The notes: generated by a model not told the origin, from the letters alone. A DNA stretch of 64,000 bases from an uncultured delta proteobacterium (GCA_963842085.1 CAWJET010000001.1:2368001-2432000); one strand, 5' to 3'; positions 21,715 through 31,740 are shown, counted from the first letter of the stretch. Made by a program: numbers and translations.

Positions 21715-21958
21715 TACGAAGCACAGTCACCACCCGCACGAAGGTCCGGACAGCGACAGTGTTCCTCATGGCTTCCATCGTCCGTACTGGAAACATGCGC
21801 ATCATGATTGGCGTTTGTGGGTCGCCGTGAGTTTGATGCTTGTGGCCCTGCTTACCTATGTGATGAGCGATGACTTGGCATGGCGACCTCGCAGTCAACC
21901 GCAGAGCGCGCGACCAAGGTCGGTCGGCGCTATATGGAAGGAATCTGGCAAGGGTTAA
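21707..21958 (+). CDS. Small His-rich single-pass membrane protein
   Basis: Overlaps the xfp end and stops 3 bp before the ATPase start; hydrophobic stretch [17 protein letters not shown]. Confidence 0.65.
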   Translation: MNSTKHSHHPHEGPDSDSVPHGFHRPYWKHAHHDWRLWVAVSLMLVALLTYVMSDDLAWRPRSQPQSARPRSVGAIWKESGKG

Positions 21959-21961
21959 AAG

Positions 21962-24751
21962 ATGGCTACTGAGAAGAGTTCACCAGAAGATGCGAAGACT
22001 GTAAACGATCCAAAGGACTCCGCGCCAGAAGGATCCGAGGCAAGTACAGCTAAGTCCAAGGGTTCGAAGCCCAGCGTGGATGAGACCCGCAGGCGGGCCT
22101 ATGGAATTTTTCAGGCTCGCCATGGTGAACCCGGCAGTGCGCTCGAGGACTGGCAAAAGGCCGAGGCCTCAGTTTCCGCAGATGCAGCCAAGGCAGATAC
22201 GTCCAAGGCCGATGCGCCTAAGGCAGATGGGGCAAAGGCAGATGCATCTAAAGGTGCTATGAAGGTACCAACTGACACCGGGACGATCGAGGAAGCGGTC
22301 ACCAAGTTCAAGTCGAGTATCAAGGATGGGCTGACCCAGGAAGAGGCGGCCGGCCGGCTCAAGAAGGACGGTCCCAACGCGATCGAAGAGAAGCGCATCA
22401 GCCCCCTCAAGCGGTTCCTGACGTTTCTTTGGGGACCTATCGCGTGGATGATCGAAATTGCTGCGATACTCTCCGCAGTGGTTCGGCATTGGGAAGACTT
22501 CGTCATCATCTTTTTCATGCTGGCGCTGAATGCGGTGGTCGGCTTCTGGGAGGAATTCAAGGCCGACAACGAGATCGAGGCGCTCAAAAAGAATCTCGCA
22601 CTGCATTCGCGAGTGCTGCGCGATGGCAAGTGGAGTGACGTCGAGGCGAAGACCCTGGTGAGTGGGGATATTGTCATGGTCAAACTCGGCAATGTCATCC
22701 CCGCCGATATGAAGCTGGTCGATGGCGACTACCTCAGCATCGATCAGTCGGCGCTGACGGGCGAGTCACTGCCGGTCGACAAGAAGAAAAACGACGTCGC
22801 GTATTCAGGATCAATCGTGCGAATGGGCCAGATGAATGGGCTGGTCGTCGCCACCGGAATGAACACGCTCTTCGGCCGCACGGCACGACTGGTCGAGAGC
22901 GTTCAGACGGTTTCCCACTTTCAGAAGGCAGTCCTCAAGATAGGTAATTTCCTCATTCTGATCACGCTCGGCCTGGTCGCATTGATCCTGACAGTCGCGC
23001 TATTTCGCGGCGACCCGCTGGTCGAAACCCTGCTATTCGCACTGATTCTTACGGTAGCTGCAATCCCGGTCGCATTGCCCGCCGTCCTGTCCGTCACGAT
23101 GGCCGTCGGCGCATCCGTGCTTGCCAGGATGAAGGCTATCGTGTCCCGCCTCGCCGCGATCGAAGAGATGGCCGGCATGGACATTCTCTGCTCAGACAAG
23201 ACCGGCACGCTCACCAAGAACGAGCTCAAGCTGGGCAGTCCTGTGGTTTTCAAGGCGAGCAACGATCAGGACCTGATCCTGGGAGGGGCCTTGGCGTCGC
23301 GAAGGGAGGGCGGCGATGGCATCGACGAGGCCGTCCTCAAAGGTCTCAGCGATCAGTCGGCGTTAAAAGCCTATCAAATCACTCATTTCACGCCGTTCGA
23401 TCCGGTCAGTAAGCGAACCGAGGCCGAGGTCAAACACGACAATGCCACTTTCAAAGTCTCGAAGGGCGCCCCGCAAGTGATTCTGGATCTGGTCCATCCC
23501 GATGCGGACGCGCGCAAAAAAGCTGAAGGGCAGGTTAACGATCTGGCGGCCAAAGGCTATCGCACCCTTGGTGTCGCGCGCACCAATGCCCAGGGAAAGT
23601 GGGAATTCCTTGGACTACTGTCTCTGTCCGATCCGCCCCGCGACGATTCAGCCTCGACCATCGCGACCGCGCGAAAAATGGGGCTGCAGGTGCGCATGGT
23701 AACCGGCGACAATCTCGCAATAGCGCGCGAGATATCGCGCGAACTCAAGCTGGGACCGAACATCGCGGTTGCGAGCGATCTTTTTCCCGACGGTAAGGCT
23801 GACGACAGTGATAAGGTAGACGCGGCCGACGGTTACGCAGAGGTTTTTCCTGAGCATAAGTTCAAGATCGTCAAGGCCCTTCAGGCGGGTGGACATATCG
23901 TCGGAATGACCGGTGACGGCGTCAACGACGCTCCCGCGCTCAAACAGGCCGATTGCGGAATCGCGGTAAGCGGCGCGACCGACGCCGCTCGTGCGGCCTC
24001 GGATCTGGTGCTCACGGCGAAAGGTCTCTCTGTAATCACCGCTGCCATTGCAGAAGCGCGCAAGATATTCGAGCGCATGAACAGCTACGCAATCTACCGG
24101 ATATCCGAAACCATCCGCGTCCTGCTCTTCATGACGCTCGCGATTGTGGTGTTCAACTTCTACCCGGTAACCGCGGTCATGATCGTGCTCATCGCGGTCC
24201 TAAATGACTTCCCGATCATGATGATCGCGTACGACAACACCATCGTAGCTCCACGCCCGGTGCGCTGGGACATGGAACGCGTACTTACCGTCAGTTCGGT
24301 TCTCGGCGTGCTGGGAGTTATCGCTGCATTCGGCCTTTTCTGGATCGCAGAGAAGTACCTTCACCTGCCCCGGCCCATGGTTCAGAGCCTCATCTTCCTC
24401 AAGCTGCTGGTCGCCGGTCACCTCACCATTTACATCACGCGAAGCGTGGGAACGTTTTGGCGGCGCCCGTGGCCCAATTGGCGTCTGGTCGTTGCCTGCG
24501 AAACAACCCAGGTCATCGGAACCCTGGCCGCGGTCTATGGATGGGGCATGACGCCGCTGGGATGGAAGTACGCACTGTTAGTGTGGGGCTATGCGCTGGT
24601 ATGGTTTTTCATCAACGACATGGTGAAGGTTGAGGTTTACCGCCTGATGCATCTGGGCACGGCACGCCATCAGCGCCACCTGGCAAGAGTCAACGCCAGC
24701 CTTCATCCGGCCGGAGTCCCCGCCAAGGCGGCGGCTCCAGCCGCCAGTTAA
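21962..24751 (+). CDS. Proton-efflux P-type ATPase (P3A) with N-terminal DUF2934-like extension
   Basis: DQSALTGES, AIPVALP, CSDKTGTLT, KGAPQ, GDGVNDAPAL, NDFPI. Confidence 0.93.
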   Translation: MATEKSSPEDAKTVNDPKDSAPEGSEASTAKSKGSKPSVDETRRRAYGIFQARHGEPGSALEDWQKAEASVSADAAKADTSKADAPKADGAKADASKGAMKVPTDTGTIEEAVTKFKSSIKDGLTQEEAAGRLKKDGPNAIEEKRISPLKRFLTFLWGPIAWMIEIAAILSAVVRHWEDFVIIFFMLALNAVVGFWEEFKADNEIEALKKNLALHSRVLRDGKWSDVEAKTLVSGDIVMVKLGNVIPADMKLVDGDYLSIDQSALTGESLPVDKKKNDVAYSGSIVRMGQMNGLVVATGMNTLFGRTARLVESVQTVSHFQKAVLKIGNFLILITLGLVALILTVALFRGDPLVETLLFALILTVAAIPVALPAVLSVTMAVGASVLARMKAIVSRLAAIEEMAGMDILCSDKTGTLTKNELKLGSPVVFKASNDQDLILGGALASRREGGDGIDEAVLKGLSDQSALKAYQITHFTPFDPVSKRTEAEVKHDNATFKVSKGAPQVILDLVHPDADARKKAEGQVNDLAAKGYRTLGVARTNAQGKWEFLGLLSLSDPPRDDSASTIATARKMGLQVRMVTGDNLAIAREISRELKLGPNIAVASDLFPDGKADDSDKVDAADGYAEVFPEHKFKIVKALQAGGHIVGMTGDGVNDAPALKQADCGIAVSGATDAARAASDLVLTAKGLSVITAAIAEARKIFERMNSYAIYRISETIRVLLFMTLAIVVFNFYPVTAVMIVLIAVLNDFPIMMIAYDNTIVAPRPVRWDMERVLTVSSVLGVLGVIAAFGLFWIAEKYLHLPRPMVQSLIFLKLLVAGHLTIYITRSVGTFWRRPWPNWRLVVACETTQVIGTLAAVYGWGMTPLGWKYALLVWGYALVWFFINDMVKVEVYRLMHLGTARHQRHLARVNASLHPAGVPAKAAAPAAS
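22178..22252 (+). repeat. Five 15 bp coding repeats (ADxxK)
   Basis: ADAAK ADTSK ADAPK ADGAK ADASK. Confidence 0.85.
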
Positions 24752-24835
24752 GGAGGCGGTGAACCAGTCGGCTCGACCGCACGTCCCGGCGCCGCCGCGT
24801 GGGTCAACAGCGAACCCGTAGGAGAAACCGCAAGG

Positions 24836-25714
24836 ATGAACTACCGGAAGAGATTCGTCGTCGAGCCTGGCGCCAAGGTCCGCCTCGATAAGATTGACCC
24901 GGGATTCAAAGACAGGCACGACCAATCGCACCAAGACGCGACGCCGGAGATCCAGAAGCACGTCGAGCGCCTGGCCAAGGCGCAGTATCTGCTGTACGCC
25001 GACGGAAGCAAGTCGCTGCTGGTCGTACTGCAGGCGCTGGACGCCGGCGGCAAGGACGGAGTCGTGCGCCACGTGTTCACCGCAATGAACCCGCAGGGGA
25101 CGTTGGTCGCGAGCTTCAAACAGCCGAGTAAGATCGAAGCGGCCCACGACTTCCTTTGGCGCGCCCACCTGCACACGCCGGCCAAAGGGCAAGTCGTGAT
25201 CTTCAATCGGTCGCACTATGAGGATGTGTTGGTGGTGCGCGTGCACAAGATGGTGCCGAAGTCGGTGTGGTCGAAGCGCTACGACTTGATCAACGATTTC
25301 GAGCAGATGCTTCACGACAACGGCACGCGCATCCTCAAGTTCTATCTCCACATCAGCCCCGAGGAGCAGCTCGAGCGCTTCGCGCAGCGCCTCGATGACC
25401 CGATGCGGCACTGGAAAATCAGTGAGGGCGACTACTCGGAGCGCAAGCTGTGGCCGGAGTATATCAAGGCATACGAGGAAGTCCTGGAAAGGACGAGCAC
25501 CAAGCACGCCCCGTGGTACGTGATCCCGTCCGATCACAAGTGGTTCCGCAGTCTGGCCATTTCCGAGATTCTTGCCGACACGATGGAGGACATGGACCTG
25601 AAGCTGCCGCCGGCGCAGGTGGACATTGCGCAAATTCGTCACAAATATCACGCTGCGGCGGCGCAACAGGCGCGGCGCGGTCACAAGCCGCCGAAGGCGC
25701 CGCGCAAGAAGTAA
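24836..25714 (+). CDS. ppk2: Polyphosphate kinase 2 family protein
   Basis: LQALDAGGKDG, HDFLWR, FNRSHYEDV, PWYVIPSDHKW. Confidence 0.93.
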   Translation: MNYRKRFVVEPGAKVRLDKIDPGFKDRHDQSHQDATPEIQKHVERLAKAQYLLYADGSKSLLVVLQALDAGGKDGVVRHVFTAMNPQGTLVASFKQPSKIEAAHDFLWRAHLHTPAKGQVVIFNRSHYEDVLVVRVHKMVPKSVWSKRYDLINDFEQMLHDNGTRILKFYLHISPEEQLERFAQRLDDPMRHWKISEGDYSERKLWPEYIKAYEEVLERTSTKHAPWYVIPSDHKWFRSLAISEILADTMEDMDLKLPPAQVDIAQIRHKYHAAAAQQARRGHKPPKAPRKK

Positions 25715-25889
25715 GTACATCATCAACCCAGCAAGATAGTGAACGTGGCACCCGGAGAGCTGCACCAGAACAATCTTCCAGATAGATGGGAGGATACCTG
25801 CTGGCCCACTTCGGCCTTATAGTTGAACTAAAGGGTTCGTCTAGCGGAACGCCTAATCTACCGATCGTGAACCAGCAAGGAGGTCTCGC

Positions 25890-26246
25890 ATGATCAAGAC
25901 AGAGATTATCTCCGCCAACGCGTTGAAGATCGCGGTGCCGGATAAATTGAAGGCGGACGACTTCCGCCAAATTGCGCCGCAAATCGATTCTCTCATCAGT
26001 CAGCACGGCAAAATCAGATTGCTGATCGATGCTTCCGGTTTCAACGGCTGGGAGAATATCGCGGCTTTTGAAAAACATGCCGGCTTCATAAAAAACCACC
26101 AACAGAAGATCGAGCGCATCGCGGTCATCGCCGCGCATGAGTGGCAGCATTGGCTGATTGGCGCAATCAGGATCTTCGTCCATCCGGAGGTAAGAGCCTA
26201 CGATAAGAGCCACGCAAGCCAGGCGCTGCGCTGGATCGTCGGATAA
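25890..26246 (+). CDS. SpoIIAA-like (STAS/SEC14) protein
   Basis: GKIRLLID...FNGW...IERIAVI...ALRWI pattern; AAGGAGG Shine-Dalgarno. Confidence 0.85.
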   Translation: MIKTEIISANALKIAVPDKLKADDFRQIAPQIDSLISQHGKIRLLIDASGFNGWENIAAFEKHAGFIKNHQQKIERIAVIAAHEWQHWLIGAIRIFVHPEVRAYDKSHASQALRWIVG

Positions 26247-26434
26247 GCACGAGGCGCCTGAAGACGAGTTCAACGGCAGTTCGGCAGCGCGAGTATTGGC
26301 GGACCTGCAACAGGATCTGATCCGCCGCCGCACGGCGCTGGTGCTGGTTCACACGGAATCGTCGCTGCGGGCGGATCTGCACCGCCACCGGCTAAGCGAC
26401 GTCTAGAAAAAGCCCCGAATTTCCTGCGGAACAT

Positions 26435-26792
26435 TGGTGGAGGCGGGGGGAATTGAACCCCCGTCCGAAGGCCTTCCGGCGACGGCCACTACACGCTTAG
26501 TCTGCGAATTTTAGCTCGCGTCAGAAACGCCCACAGACGGGCTTCGCTAACGCCAGCCGGCTGAAGTTTCGGTAAGCCGCCCAGCCGGTGAACTGCGGTT
26601 CCCTAGCCCACTAAATGACGCCCCGACCCGCTGCCATGGGCGAGCAGCGGCGGGACGCTAGCGGCCCTTAGGCCGCCAGAGCGTAACCGTTATTGTCTGC
26701 GGGTAAATTTCGCAGTCTGCCAGTTTTACGGGTCGACAGCACCCGGCGTGCGACCATGGCCATATTGTCTTCGTCGAATCCAGTTCGCCCCC
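26435..26792 (-). ncRNA. ssrA: tmRNA
   Basis: 5' GGGGGCGAACTGGATTCGAC; 3' GGTTCAATTCCCCCCGCCTCCACCA with G3:U pair; tag ORF ADNNGYALAA* at 26700-26668. Confidence 0.97.
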
Positions 26793-26840
26793 ACGATGGT
26801 GGGTCTTCGATACGAGGCCAGTCGAAACGGTTACTTATTT

Positions 26841-26869
26841 AATTTAAGGCTCGAACGCCGCGTTCGCAA
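26841..26869 (-). promoter_or_regulatory. Sigma70-type promoter for ssrA
   Basis: TTGCGA-17 nt-TAAATT on the minus strand, ~50 nt upstream of the mature 5' end. Confidence 0.6.
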
Positions 26870-27002
26870 CAAGGGCTGAGCCCTTGACCCAGTGGCCTGA
26901 GCGGCTCCGTTGTCGCCCCGTACAGGGAAAAGACAGCGGGATTCCGGGCGAGCATCGAACCTCTTATCTGGATTCCCGGGCCCGGATAAACTGGTCGATT
27001 CG

Positions 27003-27494
27003 ATGGCACGCGATTCACGCAACGGCAAACCGTCCGCCGACGGATTCGACCTGGTGGTCGAAAACCGCAAGGCGCGGCACGACTTCTTTATCGAGGAGAC
27101 GCTCGAGGCCGGCCTCGCACTCACTGGCACCGAGGTCAAGTCGCTGCGGGCGCATCGCGCCAACCTGCGCGACAGTTACGCGCGCATCAAAAACGGCGAA
27201 GCATTTCTCGAGAGCGTCCATATCGGCGCCTACGCGCCCGCCGGCCAGTTCAGCCACAAGGAGACGCGCGCGCGAAAACTCCTGATGCATCGCCGCGAGA
27301 TCGATCGCCTGTGGGGCCGCGTGCGCGAGAAGGGCTATTCGATCGTTCCGCTGAGAATCTATTTCAAGAACGGCCGCGCCAAAGTTGAGCTTGGACTCGC
27401 CAAGGGCAAACACTCCTACGACAAACGCGACGTGATCGCGCGCAGGACGTCCGAGCGCGAAATCGAGCGCGCGCTGAAAGGACGCAACCGCTAG
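27003..27494 (+). CDS. smpB: SsrA-binding protein
   Basis: NRKARHDF, EAGLALTGTEVKSLR, RKLLMHRREI, GKHSYDKR. Confidence 0.97.
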   Translation: MARDSRNGKPSADGFDLVVENRKARHDFFIEETLEAGLALTGTEVKSLRAHRANLRDSYARIKNGEAFLESVHIGAYAPAGQFSHKETRARKLLMHRREIDRLWGRVREKGYSIVPLRIYFKNGRAKVELGLAKGKHSYDKRDVIARRTSEREIERALKGRNR

Positions 27495-28351
27495 AGCGCC
27501 GGCTCGCTCGCGGCGAATTGCCGCAATTCGGCAGCCAGGCTCTGGAAGCGGGCGACGCTCGCCGATAGTTGCGCAGGTGTGGTGCCGACGCTTCCCAACA
27601 CGCTCGCGACGGTCGCGTGAAATCGCGCCGGCTTGATCGCGAATCGATTCGACTCCGCGAACGCGCCTTTTTCGTTGAGAAAAAATTTGCGATTCAGCGC
27701 GTATAGCACCAGCGTCATGAATCCCGCCGCGCGGAACAGGCATCCCGCAACGTACATCACGTCCGCGCGCTCGGCCGGCTTCGCCGCGATCGAAATTTCG
27801 AATTCCGCGTCAAACAGATGCTTGGTTACGGCAGCGGCACGAAAATTTTCGGGATATTCGCGCACCAGCGACTCGAGGTCGGCAATCGCGCGGTTTGCAG
27901 CGTAAAGCGGACGGCAGGCGTGAACTTCGCCCGCGTAGATCTGCATATGAAATCTCAGCGGATGGCCAAGCTGATAGATGCTGCGCGGGCGGCCGGCGAT
28001 GCACTCCTCGATCGCCTCGCGCACGGCGCCAATTTCACGGTAAAGAAAATCGACGTGATGGCCACGAATCTCGAGCCATCCGCCGCCGTTCACTCCCGGT
28101 CCCCATTCGCCGAACGAGGTCACCAACCCGTCACCATGACGATCGTCAAGCTCTTTGGCAGCCGCTCCCAGAGCCGCCGTCGAAAAGGGATGCGCGCCGT
28201 CATAGTAAATTCCGAGATCGACATCCGATCTTTCGTCGGCAGTACCGCGCGCGCGTGATCCGCCAAGCACGATTGCCTGTACGCCGTCGACCTTCGCGAC
28301 GCGGCCCATGACCTGGCTGATTACTTCCTCGATTTCGCGCTGACTAGCCAC
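27491..28351 (-). CDS. Nucleotidyltransferase-domain protein (DUF4037-like)
   Basis: LGGSRARG..D..SDVDLGIYY, WGPGVNGGGWL, VDFLYR. Confidence 0.82.
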   Translation of the reverse strand: MASQREIEEVISQVMGRVAKVDGVQAIVLGGSRARGTADERSDVDLGIYYDGAHPFSTAALGAAAKELDDRHGDGLVTSFGEWGPGVNGGGWLEIRGHHVDFLYREIGAVREAIEECIAGRPRSIYQLGHPLRFHMQIYAGEVHACRPLYAANRAIADLESLVREYPENFRAAAVTKHLFDAEFEISIAAKPAERADVMYVAGCLFRAAGFMTLVLYALNRKFFLNEKGAFAESNRFAIKPARFHATVASVLGSVGTTPAQLSASVARFQSLAAELRQFAASEPAL

Positions 28352-28404
28352 TGGCCGAGCTTAAGTCGCGCGCCCAAATCGAGCAACGAATTCGATTTGA
28401 ATTT

Positions 28405-29430
28405 CTAACTGCCGGCGGACGTATCAGCTCCCGCCTGCGCGTCGAGCGTGGCCGCACCCGCCGAGCCCAGCAGCGCCTGCAATCTTGCGATGCGCCTGCT
28501 CAGCGGCGGATGCGTCGAAAACAGGTTGGCAAAAAATCCTTCGTCGTCCTCGCGCACGCCTTCGCGCGGATTGACGATGAATAGATGCGCGGTGCCGGCG
28601 GTGCCCGCCTTCAGCGGCGACTCGACTTTCGCGATGTGCTCCAACGCGCGCAGCAGCGCGCGCGGGTTGCGCGTGAACTCAACCGACGACGCATCCGCCA
28701 GGTATTCGCGCTGCCTCGATACCGCCATCGCGAGCAATTGTGAAAAGATCGGCGCCACCGCAGCCAGGACGATCACCGCAACCGTAATCAGCACCGCCGC
28801 CTGGTTGTCGCGATCGTTACTGCTCCTGCCGCGCGCGCCGAATCCGCCGAAGAACATCCAGCGGTACACGAAATCAGAAAGCATCGCGATCCCGCCGACC
28901 ATCACCGCGATCATCATCATCGTACGGATGTCGTAGTCGGCGACGTGCGACATCTCGTGCCCGATTACTCCCTGCAGCTCTTCCCGGTCCATCTCATCGA
29001 CCAGCCCCTGCGTGACACAAATCACGGAATGGGCCGGGTCGCGTCCGGTCGCGAATGCATTGGGCGACGGATCATCGATCAGGTACGGCTTGGGCACCGG
29101 CATCCGCGCCGCGGTCGCCATTTCGTTGATTACGTCGAGCACCATCTGATGCTTGGGTGAGTCGGGCGTGAGCGGGCGCGCATGAACCGAGAGGAGCACC
29201 AGCGACGCACCGCTGTAATATGACATCACCGATTGCATACCGGCGAAAGCCAGTGCCGCAATCGTCAGCACCGGGAACCCGACCAGCTGTCCGTCAACGA
29301 TCGCGACGTCTTGCGCCGCAACATCGAGTCCGAGTCCAAGCGCTCCGAACAGCAGCATGAACCCGGCGACGAGCAGCGCGCTCTCGCGGCGATTGGTCGC
29401 TTCGAGGCTCCTGAAATTGCCTGCTGCCAT
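28405..29430 (-). CDS. htpX: M48 family zinc metalloprotease
   Basis: PNAFATGR, GHEMSH, SRQREYLAD, FSTHPP. Confidence 0.9.
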   Translation of the reverse strand: MAAGNFRSLEATNRRESALLVAGFMLLFGALGLGLDVAAQDVAIVDGQLVGFPVLTIAALAFAGMQSVMSYYSGASLVLLSVHARPLTPDSPKHQMVLDVINEMATAARMPVPKPYLIDDPSPNAFATGRDPAHSVICVTQGLVDEMDREELQGVIGHEMSHVADYDIRTMMMIAVMVGGIAMLSDFVYRWMFFGGFGARGRSSNDRDNQAAVLITVAVIVLAAVAPIFSQLLAMAVSRQREYLADASSVEFTRNPRALLRALEHIAKVESPLKAGTAGTAHLFIVNPREGVREDDEGFFANLFSTHPPLSRRIARLQALLGSAGAATLDAQAGADTSAGS

Positions 29431-29458
29431 CGAGCATGCTCGCCCGCGATGCGCGTGT

Positions 29459-30019
29459 TCAGGCGCGCGGCGCGGTCATCGAAAGATCAACCTTGGGGAC
29501 GACCTGCTCTTCCGGAGCGCCTTTGAAATATTCCGCGGGCTTGAAACCGAAATTGCTGGCGATGAGATTCGTCGGGAAGGTTTGGATGCGGGTGTTGAGG
29601 TCGAGCACGACGTCGTTGTACGCCTGCCGCGCGTACGCAATTTGATTTTCGGTGGTCGTCAGCTCTTCCTGCAGCTTGAGCACGTTCTCATCGGCTTTCA
29701 ACTGCGGATAGTTCTCCATCACGGCCAGCAGCTTACCCATCCCGGCCGTGATCTGGCTCTCAGCCGCCATGCGCGAAGCCTGGTCGGGCGCGCTGACCGC
29801 CTTGGCGCGCGCCTCGACGACCTGGGTCAGCGTGTCGCGCTCGAACTGCATATAGCCTTTTACGGCTTCGACGAGATTGGGAATCAGATCGTGTCGGCGT
29901 TTCAATTGTACATCGATCTGCCGCCACGAATTATCTACTTGGTTGCGCAGACTGACTAATCGATTATAGGCAAAGGCTGCCCACGCGACGATAGCCACTA
30001 CTATAATCAGAAATACCAT
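29459..30019 (-). CDS. lemA: LemA family protein
   Basis: IDVQLKRRHDLIPNLV, ENYPQLKA, ARQAYN. Confidence 0.95.
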   Translation of the reverse strand: MVFLIIVVAIVAWAAFAYNRLVSLRNQVDNSWRQIDVQLKRRHDLIPNLVEAVKGYMQFERDTLTQVVEARAKAVSAPDQASRMAAESQITAGMGKLLAVMENYPQLKADENVLKLQEELTTTENQIAYARQAYNDVVLDLNTRIQTFPTNLIASNFGFKPAEYFKGAPEEQVVPKVDLSMTAPRA

Positions 30020-30167
30020 TCGCGATTCCTCCCATGAGAGGTCAGCCCGAAGTGGCTTCGTTTTTCGTTGGCTGCCCCACGGCGCCGGCATTGTCGACCG
30101 TGTCGACTGCCGGCGCCTGGGGCCAAAACTTACCTCGCCGCGGTTCGAAGCGCCCCCAGCGCGCTGG

Positions 30168-30590
30168 CTAGTTGTCGAACTCGACTTTGATCTTGAACGG
30201 TTTGCTCTCGGGTCGCTTCGGCACTGTCACTTCGAGCACTCCGTCCTTGTAGGCCGCCTTGATTCCGTCATGGCTGGCGTCGTCCGGCATCGTGAATGCT
30301 CGGCGCATCGTGCCGTACGCGCGCTCGGACAGATGAACTTCGGCGTCCTTCGACCACTCGGGCCGTTTACGCTCGGCCTCGACGATCAAACTTGCGTCCT
30401 CGACGCGAACATTGACCGACTCGCTGGCGATGCCGGCCATCTCGAAGTAGAAGCGATAACCGTCCGCATCTTCGACCACATCGGCCGCCGGCGCTGCCTT
30501 GCGCGTGGGCTCGACTTCGTTCCACAGCACGTTCCACCGGCGCAGAAGAGAATCATTTGGGGTCAAACCGTTAGTCATCAGCACGTCCAT
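30168..30590 (-). CDS. Hsp20/alpha-crystallin small heat shock protein
   Basis: PAADVVE, ERAYG, AAYKDGVLEVTVPK. Confidence 0.92.
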   Translation of the reverse strand: MDVLMTNGLTPNDSLLRRWNVLWNEVEPTRKAAPAADVVEDADGYRFYFEMAGIASESVNVRVEDASLIVEAERKRPEWSKDAEVHLSERAYGTMRRAFTMPDDASHDGIKAAYKDGVLEVTVPKRPESKPFKIKVEFDN

Positions 30591-30776
30591 TCAGAAGCCT
30601 CCTGCCGAGACAATAATCTCCGGCGTGGTTTTTTATTTCGGGGCGCCCGGCGCGGCGAAAGCTCTATCTGTCTTTCGCTCGAATCGCCTTGCGTCCCACA
30701 AATTGAAGGTAAGTACGAACTCGAGCGCGTCAAGCGATATTTCGTTGGGAACGTCGAAATTCGAGGTAGAAGGCCG

Positions 30777-30980
30777 CTATTTCTGGGGTTCTACCGTTTT
30801 CGAGATGCTCGCGATTTCCTGTGCGAAGCGCGCGGCCATCTTGCTATCGCCGTTGCGTTCGGCGATTTTCATACCCTCATTCAACTCTTTGAGCGCCCGT
30901 GGAATCTCCGCCTTGCCCAGAAACACGCCGACCTTTCGAAAGATGCGGGCGTAGAGCTCTCCTTTTTCGGCGGCATTCAT
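30777..30980 (-). CDS. Small helical hypothetical protein
   Basis: 67 aa amphipathic ORF (MNAAEKGELY...) filling an otherwise empty gap, with plausible codon use. Confidence 0.55.
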   Translation of the reverse strand: MNAAEKGELYARIFRKVGVFLGKAEIPRALKELNEGMKIAERNGDSKMAARFAQEIASISKTVEPQK

Positions 30981-31722
30981 GACCGAGCATTCAAGCAACG
31001 AAAACGAAACTCGCGACACGATCCTGGATGGTTCTATCACGCTGATCCAGCCAAAGCACGGTTACCGCTTCTCGATCGACGCGCTCCTGCTCGGCCGCTT
31101 TGCGCGCGCGAGTACGCCCGACCGAGTGCTCGAATTGGGGGCAGGATGCGGCGTCGTATCGATCATGATGGCGGCCCTATATCGACCGCGCGAGGTCGCC
31201 GCAGTCGAGATCCAAAGGTCGTTGGCTGCGATGATCGGCCGTAACGCCGCGCTCAACGGACTTGAATCGGTGCGCGAGATCTGCGCCGATCTGCGACACA
31301 AGAAGATCGCAGGAGTCGACCTCGCGAGCTTCGATCTGGTGGTGGCGAATCCACCCTATCGCGCGGCGGCTGCAGGCCGCGAGAATCCCGACCGCGGCCG
31401 GCGCCTGGCACGCGGCGAGAGCGCCGCAGAGTTGGCAGATTTTGTCGCCGCGGCGCGTCGTTACGCGCGCACCGGTGGCCGCGTCGCATTTGTCTTCACC
31501 GCACGCAGAAGCGCCGAGCTGATTTCCGCGATGCGCTCGAATCAACTCGAACCCAAGCGCATCCGCTTCGTACATCCGCGGATTGCTAAGCCGGCGTCGG
31601 CGATGCTGATCGAGGCCCGCGCGGCTGGCGGAATCGAAGTAGCTATTGAGCCGCCGCTAATACTATATGAACGTCCCGGAATATATACTCCCGAAGCGCG
31701 AGCATTACTCAGCTCATCCTGA
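30979..31722 (+). CDS. tRNA1(Val) A37 N6-methyltransferase-like (YfiC/TrmN6 family)
   Basis: QPKHGYRFSIDALLL, VLELGAGCG, ANPPY. Confidence 0.88.
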   Translation: MTEHSSNENETRDTILDGSITLIQPKHGYRFSIDALLLGRFARASTPDRVLELGAGCGVVSIMMAALYRPREVAAVEIQRSLAAMIGRNAALNGLESVREICADLRHKKIAGVDLASFDLVVANPPYRAAAAGRENPDRGRRLARGESAAELADFVAAARRYARTGGRVAFVFTARRSAELISAMRSNQLEPKRIRFVHPRIAKPASAMLIEARAAGGIEVAIEPPLILYERPGIYTPEARALLSSS

Positions 31723-31740
31723 CTGACATTTGCGATTGTA

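Larger units (their letters stand above)
17933..26463. mobile_element. Relic genomic island integrated at the ssrA 3' end, no integrase
   Basis: Bounded by direct copies of the tmRNA 3' end; six co-oriented cargo genes. Confidence 0.62.

Noticed and set aside
26247-26434. Integrase remnant next to the tmRNA 3' end
   Set aside because: No tyrosine or serine recombinase motif is recognisable.
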